A DNA stretch of 64,000 nucleotides from Chiloscyllium plagiosum (lineage: Eukaryota). Each line of letters begins with the position of its first letter. Position 1 is the stretch's first letter. Shown here in pieces: positions 38,101-51,084 of the stretch. The stretch spans positions 9,009,646 through 9,073,645 of the forward strand of contig NC_057720.1 in assembly GCF_004010195.1 (NCBI RefSeq), in the 5' to 3' direction. The position numbers and the translations under genes were made by a program. The notes beneath the pieces were generated by a model. It did no database searches and was not told the origin of the DNA. It worked only from the letters and a program-made list of their open reading frames with translations.

Positions 38101-39339
38101 TCACCGGGGTCTAGAAGTTGAAAGAAACAGTTACATCAAACCCATGGACATGGAAATCACTCTCTGGTGTCTTAGTGCTGTAAAGTGATGATGTTGGTGC
38201 TAGATGGCATTTTATTTAGTTGCATTTTTTGAAATCCTTCAAATTATTTCATACATAAATTGCTTGGTTTATTCTGTCATGAATTTCTGTTTTGTGTAAC
38301 AAACTTTTGTTTTATTGATAACATTAAATCTGCAGTCCCGCCTCCTTATGTTTCATTGAAAGATTACCTTGCTCAATTAAAAAAAAAGTGATCAATCAAA
38401 ACAGGTTTCAGTATCAGATCTGACTTCTCCAATAGTAGCTGGGATCATAACACCACTTAGAATGGACTACAACTGACCAGCTTCTCTAAGGGAGGTCATA
38501 TATGTGGTATGTTTAAAGGTGAGTGGTTACCCTCAGTGTTCAGTAGAAACCACATCATTCTAACTGTCTTACCCAATAGGCCATATATCCCTCCCACAAG
38601 GGCAAGCCAAAATAAAAATGCACAGAACAAAAATAATCTTTGATTTTTGTGCTTTGTGCTGGCTTTTATTGCAACACTATTTGCATTTCCCCTCCCACAT
38701 GGGCCAGCAAGGAGACTGATCCCAATATCCACTTAAAAGGAGCTAAGACCTCCCCCTCAACCATTCCCTGTGCCAAAACATTTCATGACCTAATTGTTGC
38801 TAATCCTTGTGACTTGGAGTCACAAAAATAATGCATTCAAATTCCGTTCCAGAGAATTCAGTACAGGACTTAATCTGACACTGGGTTCTGGTTTTAAGAG
38901 AGTGCAATGCTGTCAGAGCTTTTATTGAGACTTAGGATAAGACCCCTTCATCTGACAACTTTTGTCAATAGCAAAGAAGAAGGGCAGGGGATGACCTCAT
39001 GTATTCCTTAAACAGCAACAAATGTTGGTCTGTTATTGAATAGATTGTCTTTTGTGTGATCTTTCTTTGTGCAAATTGGCAGTGATCTTTCTTACTTTAT
39101 GATGTGGTAGCAGTTCATCATTTGGGCTGTAAATCAGGATGGGGTATCCACAGGTTGTGAAACATGTTATTTCAACCATATATTGATAATTCAGAAAGAT
39201 GGGGGCTAACTTGGTTGAAACGATGTTGAGCAGATGGTTGACGAACAATGGCAGCTAACGAAGAAAATAATTCACAGACTCGCATAACTGATACACCCCA
39301 CTGAGAAAGAAAGACTTGAGGAAGAATATCATAACATAA

Positions 39340-39820
39340 TAGCATTTTATTGCTCTGTATATTTTTACATTAAAAACTGAAAGATTCTATAAGTTGCCAG
39401 ACCACTGCGCCTAAATTAATGATAAAATTCATAAATAAGAAGATAAAGAAAGTGCAAGTTCATCATAGTTCAATGAAGGGCCCTGGGTTTAGGATATTCT
39501 GGAAAACTGGGGAGAGACCACTCACTTCCTTGAGGTGAGACCTCCACACCGGGCCAACGCAAGACCTGGAACCCACAACCAAAGCAAAGACGAGACCTCC
39601 ACAGCAGGATGGGACCTTCATGCCAGGCCAAGACAGCCATGCTGGGCCAAGGCCACCACTCTTCGTCAGATCCATCCCACCCGAGACCATCACACTGGGA
39701 GACCACCACCCAGGGAGACCACCACACAGGGACCCACTACACAGGGAGACCACCACACAGGGACCCACTACACAGGGAGACCACCACCCAGGGAGACCAC
39801 CACACAATACACCACTACAC
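39340..39820 (-). mobile_element. Unclassified SINE-like element with internal minisatellite
   Basis: Minus-strand tail ..GAGCAATAAAATGC; 16-17 bp units GGGAGACCACCAC.CA / GGGACCCACTACACA at 39690-39820. Confidence 0.5.
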
Positions 39821-40369
39821 CCTTTCTTTGTAACCCTTGAGACCCCGACTGATCAAGAATTTATCTATTTCAGTTTCACATATACACAAAGACTGTGCCC
39901 CGGAGTTGTCTGTGGCAAGGAGTTCCAAAGACTCATACCCCACTGAAAGAAGAAATTCCTCCTCATCTCAGTCTGAAATGTTATTTTGATTGTTGCGAAG
40001 AATCATTGCAGGGAACTACCACCTAACCTGTGCTTGCAGATCATCAACTCATGGATGGGATTGTATGATAGGACAGAAATTGATGAACTATCCTGAGTAC
40101 ATTTATGACCAATTAAGATCATCAATCAAACTCACGATGGGAGTCATTTCTAGTCGCTGGAAGCAGCAGTCTATCAAACGTAGGGATCAAAATATCTGCA
40201 AACATAAAGAATATATTTCAACCTGATGTCAATTTTGAGTAACTATGGAACTTGGGGAGCCTCTAGTTTTCTATTATTTTCTCTGTGGTAACAACTCAGC
40301 CAATTAGTGTTGGCTTCTAAACTACTCAGCTAATCAGCATCAACCAATTAGACAAATTTTGCTCCTGTG

Positions 40370-40914
40370 GAACAAAGAACAAAGAACAATCCAGCACAGG
40401 CCCTCCAAGCCCACATTGCCACATTTTGCCCTTCCATACTAAAACTGTCTGCCCTTACAGGATCCATATCCCTCTATTCCCTTCTTATTCACATATTCGT
40501 CCAGGTGTTTCTTGGATGCTGCTATTGTATCTGCTTCCACCACCACCTCTGGCAGCACGTTCCAGGCACACACTACCCCTTGTGTGAAAAATTTGCCTCA
40601 TACATCTCTTTTAAACCTCTCCCCAACACCTTAAACCTTGTCCCCTAGTAACTGACCCCTCCACTCTGGGAAAAAGCTTCAATACTTTCCACTCTATCCA
40701 TGCTGTTCACAATCTTATAAATTTCCATCAGGTCGCCTCACACTGCGTTCCAGTGAAAACAAACTCAGTCTATCCAACTTCATCTCTAAAATCTTCCATA
40801 ACAGGTAACACTTGGACAAACCTTTTTTGTACCCTCTCCAAAACATTTACATTCTTCTGGTGTGGTGACCAGAACTGTACACAATATATCCCAAGTGTTG
40901 CCTAACTAAAGTTA
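40370..40914 (-). mobile_element. CR1 3' fragment
   Basis: (GAACAAA)n tail; ORF2 C-terminal remnants. Confidence 0.8.
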
Positions 40915-41440
40915 CAGAGTCATAGAGTAATAGAGATGTGCAGCATGGAAACAGACCCTTCGGTCCAATTCATCCATGCTTCACCAGATCTTCACCTAAT
41001 CTAGTCCCATTTGCCAGCACTTGGCCCATATCCCTCTAAACCCTTCCTGTTCATCTACCCATCCAGATGCCTTTTAAATGCTGTAATTGTACCAGCCCCC
41101 ACCACTTCCTCTGGCAGCTCATTCCATACATACACCACCCTCTGCATGAAAAAGTTGACCCTTAGGTCCCTTTTATATCTTTCCCCTGTCACCCTGAACC
41201 AATGCCTTCTAGTTCTGGACTCCCCCACCCCAGGGAACAGACCTTGACTTTTTATCCTACCCATGCCCCTCATGATTTTATAAACCTCGATAAGGTCACC
41301 CCTTAGCCTCTGATGCTCCAGGGAGAACAGCCCCTGCCTATTCAACCTCTTCCTGTAGCTCAAATCCTCCAACCCTGGCAACATCCTTGTAAATCTTTTC
41401 TGAACCTTTTCAAGTTTCACAACATCCTACCGATAGGAAG
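40915..41440 (-). mobile_element. CR1 3' fragment (same subfamily as the full-length copy)
   Basis: ORF 41055-41420 KLEKVQKRFTRMLPGLEDLSY..WNELPEEVV. Confidence 0.9.
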
Positions 41441-42149
41441 GGCTATAAAGCTGCAGCATAACTTGCCTATCCTTGTAGTCAATGACCCTTCCAATGGAAT
41501 ATAATGTTAATTGTTGTGATAGTTTGAAATTTTTCATTCTTGCGTTTGGTTTGATGAGTGCAAGTTGAGAAACTTTGATGACTAGTCTCTCTTTGCACCA
41601 ATAAGACAAATTCTTCCATTCTCTTTTCAGGTTCTTTTGCTATTTATCTTAAATCTGTATCAGTGACTACTTGGTGACAAAAAGTCTCCAGTTGAGCCAC
41701 TTCCATTTAAGTGTAGCTGCTGGGGTGAAATTGTAACATGCGATCAGTTCAAATTGTAAACTTGAGACAAAAATCGAACGAAGGAGGATAAAAACTAATT
41801 TCGATTAAATGAGACTGTCCTACTTGTTCAGCCAAATGCACAGCATCTAATTATTTTGAATCGAACCATCAGTTATGAATAATCCAAACAAGTCACAACA
41901 GCCAGTCGAAAAGTATTTAAGTAGCTGGGTCTTTTCACGTTGTTGAGTTGCATTATGAGTGAGTCGTCAAACTAATTGGAAGCCGCACAGAGACAGATAA
42001 GGTAGACCTGTTAACTTTCATCATCATAAAAACTTATCTACAAAGGATGAGCTTAGCATTAAATTTAAACTATTATTCTATCTGCTTGAGGAGCTAGATA
42101 AAAGGCTTTTGACTGTAAATAGATCAATTGGATAACATAGCTGTACCTT

Positions 42150-43315
42150 AATTTTGACTCAGTGATAGCACTTATTGTAGGAAGGCAGCACCAGAATATT
42201 TAACCTAGACTTATGCACCAGTATGGTACTGACAGAATACATTGCTGAAAGTGCCATTTTTTTGGGCGAGACTATGAAACTGAGGCTTAAATCTGCTTGT
42301 GTTGGTGGATGTGAAAGATTGTGTGTCACTAACCTGAGAAGACCCTGAGAAGTTCTCAACCAAACATCAGATTGCTGCTCACCTTGGAGTGCAGGTTCAT
42401 AGTTCCTTGAAAGTGGAGTCGGAGATAGACAGGGCAGTGAAGAAGACTCTGATCTCTGAGGGATAGTCACTCGACCTAAAACATTAACTCATATTCTCTC
42501 CATAGATGCTGCTAGACCTGCTGACCTTTCCAGGACTTCCTGATTTTGTGGTAGTAGTAAAGAAGGCATTTGGTACACCTGCCTTTATTGGTCAGTGCAC
42601 TGAGTTTAGGAGTTGGAATGTTGTATTGTGATTGTATAGGGCATTGGTGAGGCCACTTTCAGGATACTGTTTTCAGTCTCCCTGCTATAGGAAAGATGTT
42701 GTTGAACTTGAAAGGATACAGAAACGATTTACAAGGTTGTTGTTGGGGTTGGAGAGTTTTAGCTATGAAGAGAGGCTGAATAGGCTGGGTTTTTTTCCCC
42801 TTGAGCAACGGAAGCTGAGGAGTGACTTTATCGAGGTTTATAAAATCATGAGGTGTTTGGACAAAATTAATAGTCAAGATCTTTTGCCCAGAGTGGTGAA
42901 GTCCAAAACTAGAAAGCATAGGTTTAAGGTGAGAGGGGAAAGATTTAAAGGGACCTGAGGGGCAACCTTTTCACACAGAGGGTGGTGCATTTATGGAATA
43001 GGTTACCAGAGCAGGTGGTGGAGGTTGGTACAATTACAACATTTCAAAGGTATCTGGATAGGTATTTGACTAAGAAGGATTTAAAGGGATATGGGCTAAG
43101 TGCTAGAAAATGGGACTAGATTAATTTCGAATTTCTGGCTGGCATGGACGAATTGGATCAAGAGGTTGTTTCTGTGCTGTACATCTCTCTGACACTATGA
43201 CGCTATCTCACTCCTGTCTGAGGGGCTATGCTGTTTGCAATTTGGCTGATGCACTTATCGCCTATAACAATTACCATACTTTGAAAGGAATTCTTCAGCT
43301 AAAATGAAGCATGGA
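42150..43315 (+). mobile_element. Deu-domain SINE split by a CR1 fragment (42383-43200)
   Basis: SINE 5' half 42150-42380; Deu-like segment resumes ~43200; CR1 ORF 42632-42958. Confidence 0.65.
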
Positions 43316-43560
43316 ACCATAGGAGGAAACCTTTTGGCACATCATTCCTGCGGTAGATTTTTGAAATATCTGCTCAATTAACCCCACTCTCCTAATCACT
43401 TCCTGTACCTTGGAGGTTATGCCAAACTAGTCCCACCATCAAAATTGGCATCCACCGAGCAATGTGGAAAATTACCCAGGTACATCCTGTTCAGGTGTAC
43501 AAACAGGACAAAGCAGGACAAACACGCCAAGGGAAAACATGATGAATGGTAGGAATCCGA

Positions 43561-43793
43561 TGAAATCTTCCCTCAGAGGCTGGGATCCCATTACCAATCA
43601 CCTTTTATTTACACATGCATAGCCTTTGACAATAGCACGGCCTCTCACTGAGTCAAGCATTCAGGGTCTCAATATCCCTGCCATTCATTCTTTTATATCA
43701 GCCAAGACTCCCTGATTAGACAAGGTTAACAGGTCCAATCAAGGACTCATATTCCATGATGTCCACCTAATTGATTTTGTCACAGTTAATACA
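43561..43793 (-). mobile_element. Solo LTR, uninterrupted relative of the 58968-61742 LTR
   Basis: Minus strand TGTATTAACTGTGAC..CCTTGATTGG..CTAATCAGGGAG..GATATAAAA..AATAAAAGGTGA..GATTTCA; flanks CCGA/CTGA; inserted in an old CR1. Confidence 0.75.
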
Positions 43794-44497
43794 CTGAGGA
43801 ATAGAGGGACCTTGATGTACACGTTCATGTAATATACGCATGCACGTACATATGTTAAGGTATTAAGCTAATAAGACATATGGTATACTTACCTCCATTC
43901 ATCAAGGCTTAGAGGTTAAGACCAGAGAGGTTCTGCTGAAAATCTATAAAGCTTTGGTCAGGCCACAGCTCGGAAATTGTCTTCAGTTCTGGAACCTGTG
44001 TTACAGGAAGGATATGATCGCACTAGAGAAGGTGTAGAAGATATTTACCAGAATAAAATAAACAAAGAGCTGTGGATGCTGAAAAACAAAAACAAAAATT
44101 GCTGGAGAAACTCAGCAGGTCTGGTACCACCTGTGGACAGAAAATAGAATTAAGGTTTCAAGTCCAGTGGCCTTTCTAGTTTTAGCTATGAAGAAAGATT
44201 GCACAGACATGGGCTGTCTTTGTCAGAGCAGAGGAGACTGTGAGGTGTCAGAATTGAGATTTATGGCATTAATACGGCAGACATGAAGAAATTCATACCC
44301 AGATGGAGAGATCAATGGCTAGAGGCAGATTAGGGGCAGATGGTATAGAGGAGATGTGGGGATAAACATGTTCAATCAGGCGGTGGTGGGAATCTGGAAC
44401 CTATTGCCTGAATGGGTGCTGAAAGCAGAAACCCTCATCACATTTCAGAAGTATTTCAATGTGTAATTACAAGGCTATGGGCCTAGATCAAACATGA

Positions 44498-44587
44498 GAT
44501 GGAAATGTGTTGCTGGAAAAGCGCAGCAGGTCAGGCAGCATCCAGGGAACAGGAGAATCGACGTTTCGGGCATTAGCCCTTCTTCAG
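44498..44587 (-). mobile_element. Minimal Penelope-terminus insert
   Basis: 12-bp direct repeat GATCAAACATGA (44486-44497 / 44588-44599); begins at the CTGAAGA hammerhead core. Confidence 0.85.
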
Positions 44588-45289
44588 GATCAAACATGAT
44601 CCTATTCAATGGCAGAGCAGGCTTGAGGCAGTGAACGGCCTACTCCTGTTCCTATTTCTCATGAGATGTTTTGGTCTAAATGCTCGAAAATGAGATTAGA
44701 ATAGTGAGTTGGTTGGTTTTGCCTAGCACAGAGGTGCTGGGCCTGTTCTGTACAGCCCTATGAGTGTATGACTCTAAATCCAGCCTGACTAAGAGCATAT
44801 TGTCTCATCAGTACATTCCTGACCATCAGCAAAAGTGAGTGGCTTGTGTCTTTGAAAATGCTGTCAGGTGATACTTGCTCAGAAATAAACAGCTCACTGA
44901 CAGTTTGGGGTTCATAAAGTCCAGTCAGCTCCTGAGCTCAGCAAAACCTTGATTCAAGCATTGAACAAAAATGTGCAGTTATGGTAATTGGGAATTGTTG
45001 TGATAATTGTGAACTTTAAAACAAATCTCTTCCTATTAGCACTTGTCTTATGATGTATTTTTTCCCCCTTTTCACATAGTGGAGGCATATTGTGGAGTTT
45101 TTAAATTGTCAGTAGCTGCTGTTTGAAACAGTGGTAATGTTTTGACTAACTGTTAGTTCACATTGTATAGTTAAAAGGTATTTCAGTACAGCACTGTGTA
45201 TGACCAAGACACCTTGGGGCAGGAAGTAAACAGTTCCCATTAAGATAAAAGCTTATCTTATAGATACACAGTTGATGTTTTTGTCATTC

Positions 45290-47120
45290 ATGCACCGGCT
45301 GGTCAGCATTTATTGCCCTTTGGGAAGTTACGGTGAACTGCTGAAGTCCGTGTGCTGTAGGTTGACCCACAATACTGTTAGGAAGAGAATTCCAGGATTT
45401 TGACCTAGCAATAGTGAAGGAATGGAGACATGTTGCCAAGTTAGAATGGTGAGTGGCTTGGAGGGGAACCTTCAGGTGATAGTGTTCTCAATTATCTGCT
45501 GCCTTTGTCTTCTAGATAGAAGTGGCTGTAGTTTTGAAAAGTGCTAAGGATCTTTAATGAATTTCTGCAGTGCATCTTCCAAAAAGTACACAATGCTGCT
45601 TCTTAACATCAGTGGTGAAGGGAATGCATGTTTGTGGATGTGTTGCAAATCAAGTGAGCTGCTTTGCCCTGGATAGTGACAAGCTTCTTGCTTGTTGTTG
45701 GAGCTACCCCAATCCAGGCAAGTGGAGAGTATTCCATCACACTCCTGACTTGTGCCTTTATGATAGTAGGTCTGCAGATGCTGGAGATCAAAGTTGAAAC
45801 TTTATTGCTGGAACAGCACAGCAGGTCAGGCAGCATCCAGGGAACAGGAGATTCGACGTTTCGGGCACAGGCCCTTCTTCAGGAAAGGAGGGCTGAAGAA
45901 GGGCCTGTGCCCGAAACGTCGAATCTCCTGTTCCCTGGATGCTGCCTGACCTGCTGTGCTGTTCCAGCAATAAAGTTTCAACCTTTATGATAGTAGACAG
46001 GCTTTGGCGAGTCAACTGCAGTACTCCCAGCCTCTGATTTGTTCTTGGAGCTACTTAATTTATGTAGCAAGTTCAGTCGAGTTTCTGGTCAATGGTAACC
46101 ACAAAGATATTGATGGAGGCGGGAATTAAATGATGATAACATCATTGAATGTCAAGGGGTGGAAGTTAGATTGTCTCTATTTGATGATGGTCAATGCCTG
46201 GACTTTGTGTGGCATGAATATTACCTGCCTCGACTCATCCCAAACCTGGGTATTGTCCAGATCTTGCTGTATTTGAACATGGACTGCTTCAGCATCTGAA
46301 GAGTTGCAAATGGTACTGAACATTGTGCAATCATTGGTGGAAATCCCCACTTCTGATTTTATGACAGAGGGAAGGTCATTGATGAAGCAGCTGAAGGTGG
46401 TTGGGTATAGGACACTACCCTGAATAACTAATGCAGAGATGTCCTGGAGCTGAGATGACTTACCGCCAATAACTACAACCATCTTTTAATGTGCCAGGTA
46501 TCCTATCCAGCAGAGAGTTTGCCCTGATATCCATTGATTCCAGTTTTGCTCAGACTCCTTGATGCCACACTTGGTCACTCTCACCTCCCTTCTGGAGTTT
46601 AGCTCTTTTGTTCATGTTTGACCCAAGGCTGTCATGAGATCAGGAGCTGAGTGGCCCTGGCAGAACCCTAACTGGGAGTCACTGAGCAGGTTATTACTGA
46701 GCAGGTGTTGCTAGATAACACTGCTGATAGCACATCCCATCACTTTACTGATGATCGAGAGTTGACTGTTGGGGCGGTAATTGGCTGGGGTGTATTTGTT
46801 CTGCTTTTTATATATAACAAACATATCTGGGCAATCACTGGATACCAATGATGTAACTGTACTGAAACAGTTTGGCTAGGGGAGCAGCAAATTCTGGAGC
46901 ACAAATCGTCAGTACTATTGCTGGAATGTTATCAGGGACCATTGCCTTTGCAATATCCAGTGCCTCCATTTCCTGATAACACATGGAGTTTGTTGAATTT
47001 GCTGAAGACTGGTGTCTGTGATACTGGTAAATGCTGGAGGAGGCTGAGATGGATCATTCACTCAGCACCAGCTGGCTGAAGATTGCCGTGAAAGCTTTAG
47101 CCTTATCTTTGACCTCTGAG
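45290..47120 (-). mobile_element. Older CR1-like LINE (RT to 3' end)
   Basis: ISALVIQGSVLYPTTFSCFINDLPS..NDCTMF. Confidence 0.82.
45770..45981. mobile_element. Young palindromic Penelope-terminus insert
   Basis: ~90-bp perfect inverted arms; direct repeat CCTTTATGATAGTAG (45755-45769 / 45982-45996). Confidence 0.9.
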
Positions 47121-47464
47121 GTTAAGGATTTTAAAAATAGAATCCCAACAGTGTGGAAGCAGGCTATTCAGGCCACACTCACTCTCCGAAGAGCATCCCA
47201 CTCAGAATCATCACCACCACCACCCCCCAGCACCCTATCCCCATAACCCTGCATTTTCCATGGCTAACACGCCGAGCCTGCATATCCCTGGACACTATGG
47301 GCAATTTACCATAGCTACTCCAAGCTGAAAACCAGCTTCATACAGGGCTAACTAACAATTTTAATGCGTTCAGGTCTTTCTTTTAAACAATGCATTGTTC
47401 CGGCAGATTACAACAGATTAAATATCATTTGACTCCCATCAGGAGGTGCATTGAGTTTTGACTG

Positions 47465-47786
47465 AGGGTGGCATGGTGACTCAGTGGTTAGCACTGCTGC
47501 CTCACAGCTCCAGGGTCCCAGGTTCAATTCCAGCCTAGGGCAACTGTCAATGTGGAGTTTGCACATTCTCCCCATGTCTGCGTGGGTTTCCTCTAGGTGC
47601 TCTGGTTTCCTTCCACAGTCCAAAGATGTGCAAGTCAGGTGAATTGGCCATGCTAAATTGCCCATAGTGTTAGGTGCATTAGTCAGAGGGGAAATGGGTC
47701 TGGGTGGGTTACTTTTCGAAGGGTCGGTGTAGACTGGTTGGGCCGAAGGGCCTGTTTCCACACAGTAGGGAAGCTAATCTAATCTA
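47465..47786 (+). mobile_element. HE1-like SINE, full length
   Basis: Head, body and (CTAAT)n tail. Confidence 0.9.
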
Positions 47787-47819
47787 GTTTTGACATCTGA
47801 GAAGTTTCTGGAATGTCAC

Positions 47820-48790
47820 TGCTAAGTCCAGTAAGGCGATTACATTTCTGTCGGGCTGGTTGAAATGTTTGGAATCCTAAAGTCTTAAAAAGAAGTGGTT
47901 AGTGAGATACTTGATGTATTGGTTTCAATTTTCCAAAATTCTCTTAATTTGCTGACAATTCCAATGAATTAGATGGTAGAAAATGTAATTCCTTGATTCA
48001 AACATGAAGGCAGAAAGCAAGAAACTGCAGGATAGTTAGGGACAAATGGAAATTGTTCAAACATGTTGTTAAAGAAGTTAGAGGAAGATACTTGGATAAG
48101 GTTAAGATAAACAGGCAAGTCAACATGGTTTTGTTGAAGAGTTATTGTGGTTAACCAATCTGTTGGAGTTCTTTGATGATGTAACATGTGGATAAAAAGG
48201 AGCTAATGGATTTCAAAAAAAAAATTTGATAAAACGTCAAATCAAAATTCATTGTAGTAAATAAATGCTTATGGTAGGGGGTAGAAATTTGGCATGGATT
48301 GAAGATTGGCTGGCTAATAGGAAGGAAAGATTAAGCCCACATGTGTCTTTTCAGGTTGGCAAGATATTAATGAATAGTGTCTCACAGGGAACAGTGCAGG
48401 GACCTCAGCATTTCACAATGTATACAAATGACTCAAATAAAGTACCAGTGTGTTAAATTTAATGATGGCTCAAAGATAGCTAGGAAAGGAAGTTGTGAAG
48501 GAGACTATATAATGAAGTGAATAGTTTAAGTGAATGGGCAAAGATGTAGTACAATGTGGGGACAAGTGAAATTGCCTCTTATTACAGAAAGCATAAAAAA
48601 TAAGCATGTTATCAGAATGGTGACAAATTGCAGAGCTCTGAGATGCAGAGGATCTGAGTCCTAGTTTGTGAATCACAAAAGGTTTGTATGTAAGTACAGC
48701 AAATAATCAGGTTGTTATCATTTATTGCAAGGAAAATTGAATGCAACATTGAAAGATAATGTATCAGTAAAACAAGGCACTGTTGACGAT
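47820..48790 (+). mobile_element. Old CR1 RT relic
   Basis: LAWIEDWLANRKER..SVSQGTVQGPQHFTMYTND. Confidence 0.75.
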
Positions 48791-48801
48791 GCATAGTATT
48801 G

Positions 48802-49380
48802 AGGTAAAAACAATGACTGCAGATGCTGGAAACCAGATTCTGGATCAGTGGTGCTGGAAGAGCACAGCAATTCAGGCAGCATCCGACGAGCAGCAAAATC
48901 GACGTTTCGGGCAAAAGACCTTCGTCAGGAATAAAGGCAGAGNNNNNNNNNNNNNNNNNNNNNNNNNNNNNNNNNNNNNNNNNNNNNNNNNNNNNNNNNN
49001 NNNNNNNNNNNNNNNNNNNNNNNNNNNNNNNNNNNNNNNNNNNNNNNNNNNNNNNNNNNNNNNNNNNNNNNNNNNNNNNNNNNNNNNNNNNNNNNNNNNN
49101 NNNNNNNNNNNNNNNNNNNNNNNNNNNNNNNNNNNNNNNNNNNNNNNNNNNNNNNNNNNNNNNNNNNNNNNNNNNNNNNNNNNNNNNNNNNNNNNNNNNN
49201 NNNNNNNNNNNNNNNNNNNNNNNNNNNNNNNNNNNNNNNNNNNNNNNNNNNNNNNNNNNNNNNNNNNNNNNNNNNNNNNNNNNNNNNNNNNNNNNNNNNN
49301 NNNNNNNNNNNNNNNNNNNGGGGAAAGTGCCAGGATGGGAGGGTGGGTCATAGGGGCGCGTGGACCTGACCAGGTAGTCA
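48802..49380 (-). mobile_element. Penelope element spanning the second assembly gap
   Basis: Terminal repeat with hammerhead motif at 48802-48942, ORF piece after the gap; direct repeat CATAGTATTG (48792-48801 / 49381-49390). Confidence 0.82.
48943..49319. other. Assembly gap
   Basis: Run of N. Confidence 1.
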
Positions 49381-49536
49381 CATAGTATTGGTCAATCTAT
49401 TTCCAGTGTGGAAATAGGCCATTCAGCCCAACAGGTCCACACCAACCCTCTGAAGAGCATCCCACCCAGACCAATCCTTGTAACCCTGCATTTTGTTATG
49501 GCTGATGTACATAACTTCTACATCTCAGAGTCATGG

Positions 49537-49812
49537 TAGGCGGCACAGTGGTACAGTGGATAGCACTGCTACCTCACAGCACCAGAGACCCGGGTTCAAT
49601 TCCTGCCTCGGGCAACTGTCTGTGTGGAGTTTGCACATTCTCCCCGTGTCTGCATGGGTTTCCTCCGGGTGCTCCTCCCATGGTCCAAAGGTGTGCAGGT
49701 TAGGTGAATTGGCCATGCTAAATTGCCCGTATTGTTAGGTATAGGGGTAAATGTAGGGGAATGGGTCTGTGTGGGTTGCTCTTCGGAGGGTCGGTGCTGT
49801 AAGTAATCTAAT
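49537..49812 (+). mobile_element. HE1-like SINE
   Basis: Head, body and tail. Confidence 0.85.
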
Positions 49813-49814
49813 CA

Positions 49815-50715
49815 TAAAATCCTATAGCATAAAAACAGGCCTTTTGGCTCAAACTGATCAATGCTGACTATCCACCTTAGCCCCATTTCCCTGCACTTGG
49901 CCCATTTCTTTCTAAACCTTTTCTATCCGTGTATTTGTCCAATGCCTTTTAAATGGCATTGATATACCCATCTCAATCACTTCTACTGGTAGCCCATTCC
50001 ATATGCATACCACCCTCGATATATAAAAGTTGTCCCTCAAGTTCCTTTTCTCCTCTAAACTTAAATTGATGCCCTCCAGTCCACAATTCCCCAACCTTGG
50101 GAAAAAAACACTGAGTGCATTCACCCTATCCATACCTCTCATGATCTTATACACTTCTATAAGATGCCCCTTCTGTCTCCTATGCTCGAAAAAAAGTCCT
50201 AGCTGGTCCAAACTCTCGCTATGACTCACACATTTGAGTCCTGACAACATCCTTGTAAATTTCTTCTGTATTCTTTCCAGTTTAATATCATCCTTCCTAT
50301 AGCAAGGTGACAAAAACTGAACACAATATTCCAAGTGTGGCCTCACCAATGTCCTGTACAACTGCAACATAACTTCCCAACTTGTGTGCTCAATGTCCTG
50401 ACTGATGAAGGCCAGTGTGCCAAAAGTCTTCTTCACTGCTCCATTTAACTGTGATTCCACTTTCAGAGAACCGTGCATTTGACCCCAAGGTCTCTCTGTC
50501 CCACTACACTCCTCAAAGCCCTACCATTCACCACGAAACTCTGACTTTGATTTGACTTTCCAAAAAAAGAAAGTGCAAGACCTTGCATTTATCAATATTG
50601 AACTCCATTTGCCATTTCTTGGCCCACTTGATCAAGATTCTATTGTAATTTCTGGTAACCTTCCTCACTGTCCACGATAACACCTATTTTACTGTCATCT
50701 GCAAACTTAGTAATC
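49815..50715 (-). mobile_element. CR1 3' fragment
   Basis: ORF 49912-50478 SLKVESQ..LYRTLVRPHLEYCVQF..WNGLP. Confidence 0.9.
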
Positions 50716-50717
50716 AC

Positions 50718-50925
50718 TGAACACTATGGATAATTTTGCATGGCCAATCCACCTGGTTTGCACATTTTTGGATTGTACAAGGAAACCAGAGCACCTGGTG
50801 GAAACCCACACAGACACGGAGAGAACGTGCAAACTTCACACAGACAGTCACCTGAGGGTGGAATCAAATCTAGGTACCTGGCACTGTGAGGCAGCTATGC
50901 TAACCACTGAGCCACCATGCCACCC
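50718..50925 (-). mobile_element. HE1-like SINE 5' part
   Basis: tRNA head and V body. Confidence 0.8.
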
Positions 50926-51084
50926 TTATTTATGGAAAGGTACAACAGCTCTGGTAGCAGTTCAGAGAAGTTTCACCAGACTAATGTCTGGAATGAATGA
51001 AGAAACATATAAGATCCTGAGGGGTAGATTTAGAGAGGATGTTTCCTTGTTTGGAAAAATATAAAACTATGTTCTGCGTTTAAC

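Noticed and set aside
36710..38452. Possible large interrupted LTR ending GATCATAACA
   Set aside because: Could not define the 5' end or a TSD; the same holds for LTR-like sequence at ~34560-35010
39160..39228. Imperfect inverted repeat (TTTCAACCA..TGGTTGAAA) as a pre-miRNA
   Set aside because: Stem too short and loop too large to support without folding or expression data
39463..39946. Overlapping Pro/Thr/His-rich ORFs
   Set aside because: Arise from a 16-17 bp GC-rich minisatellite
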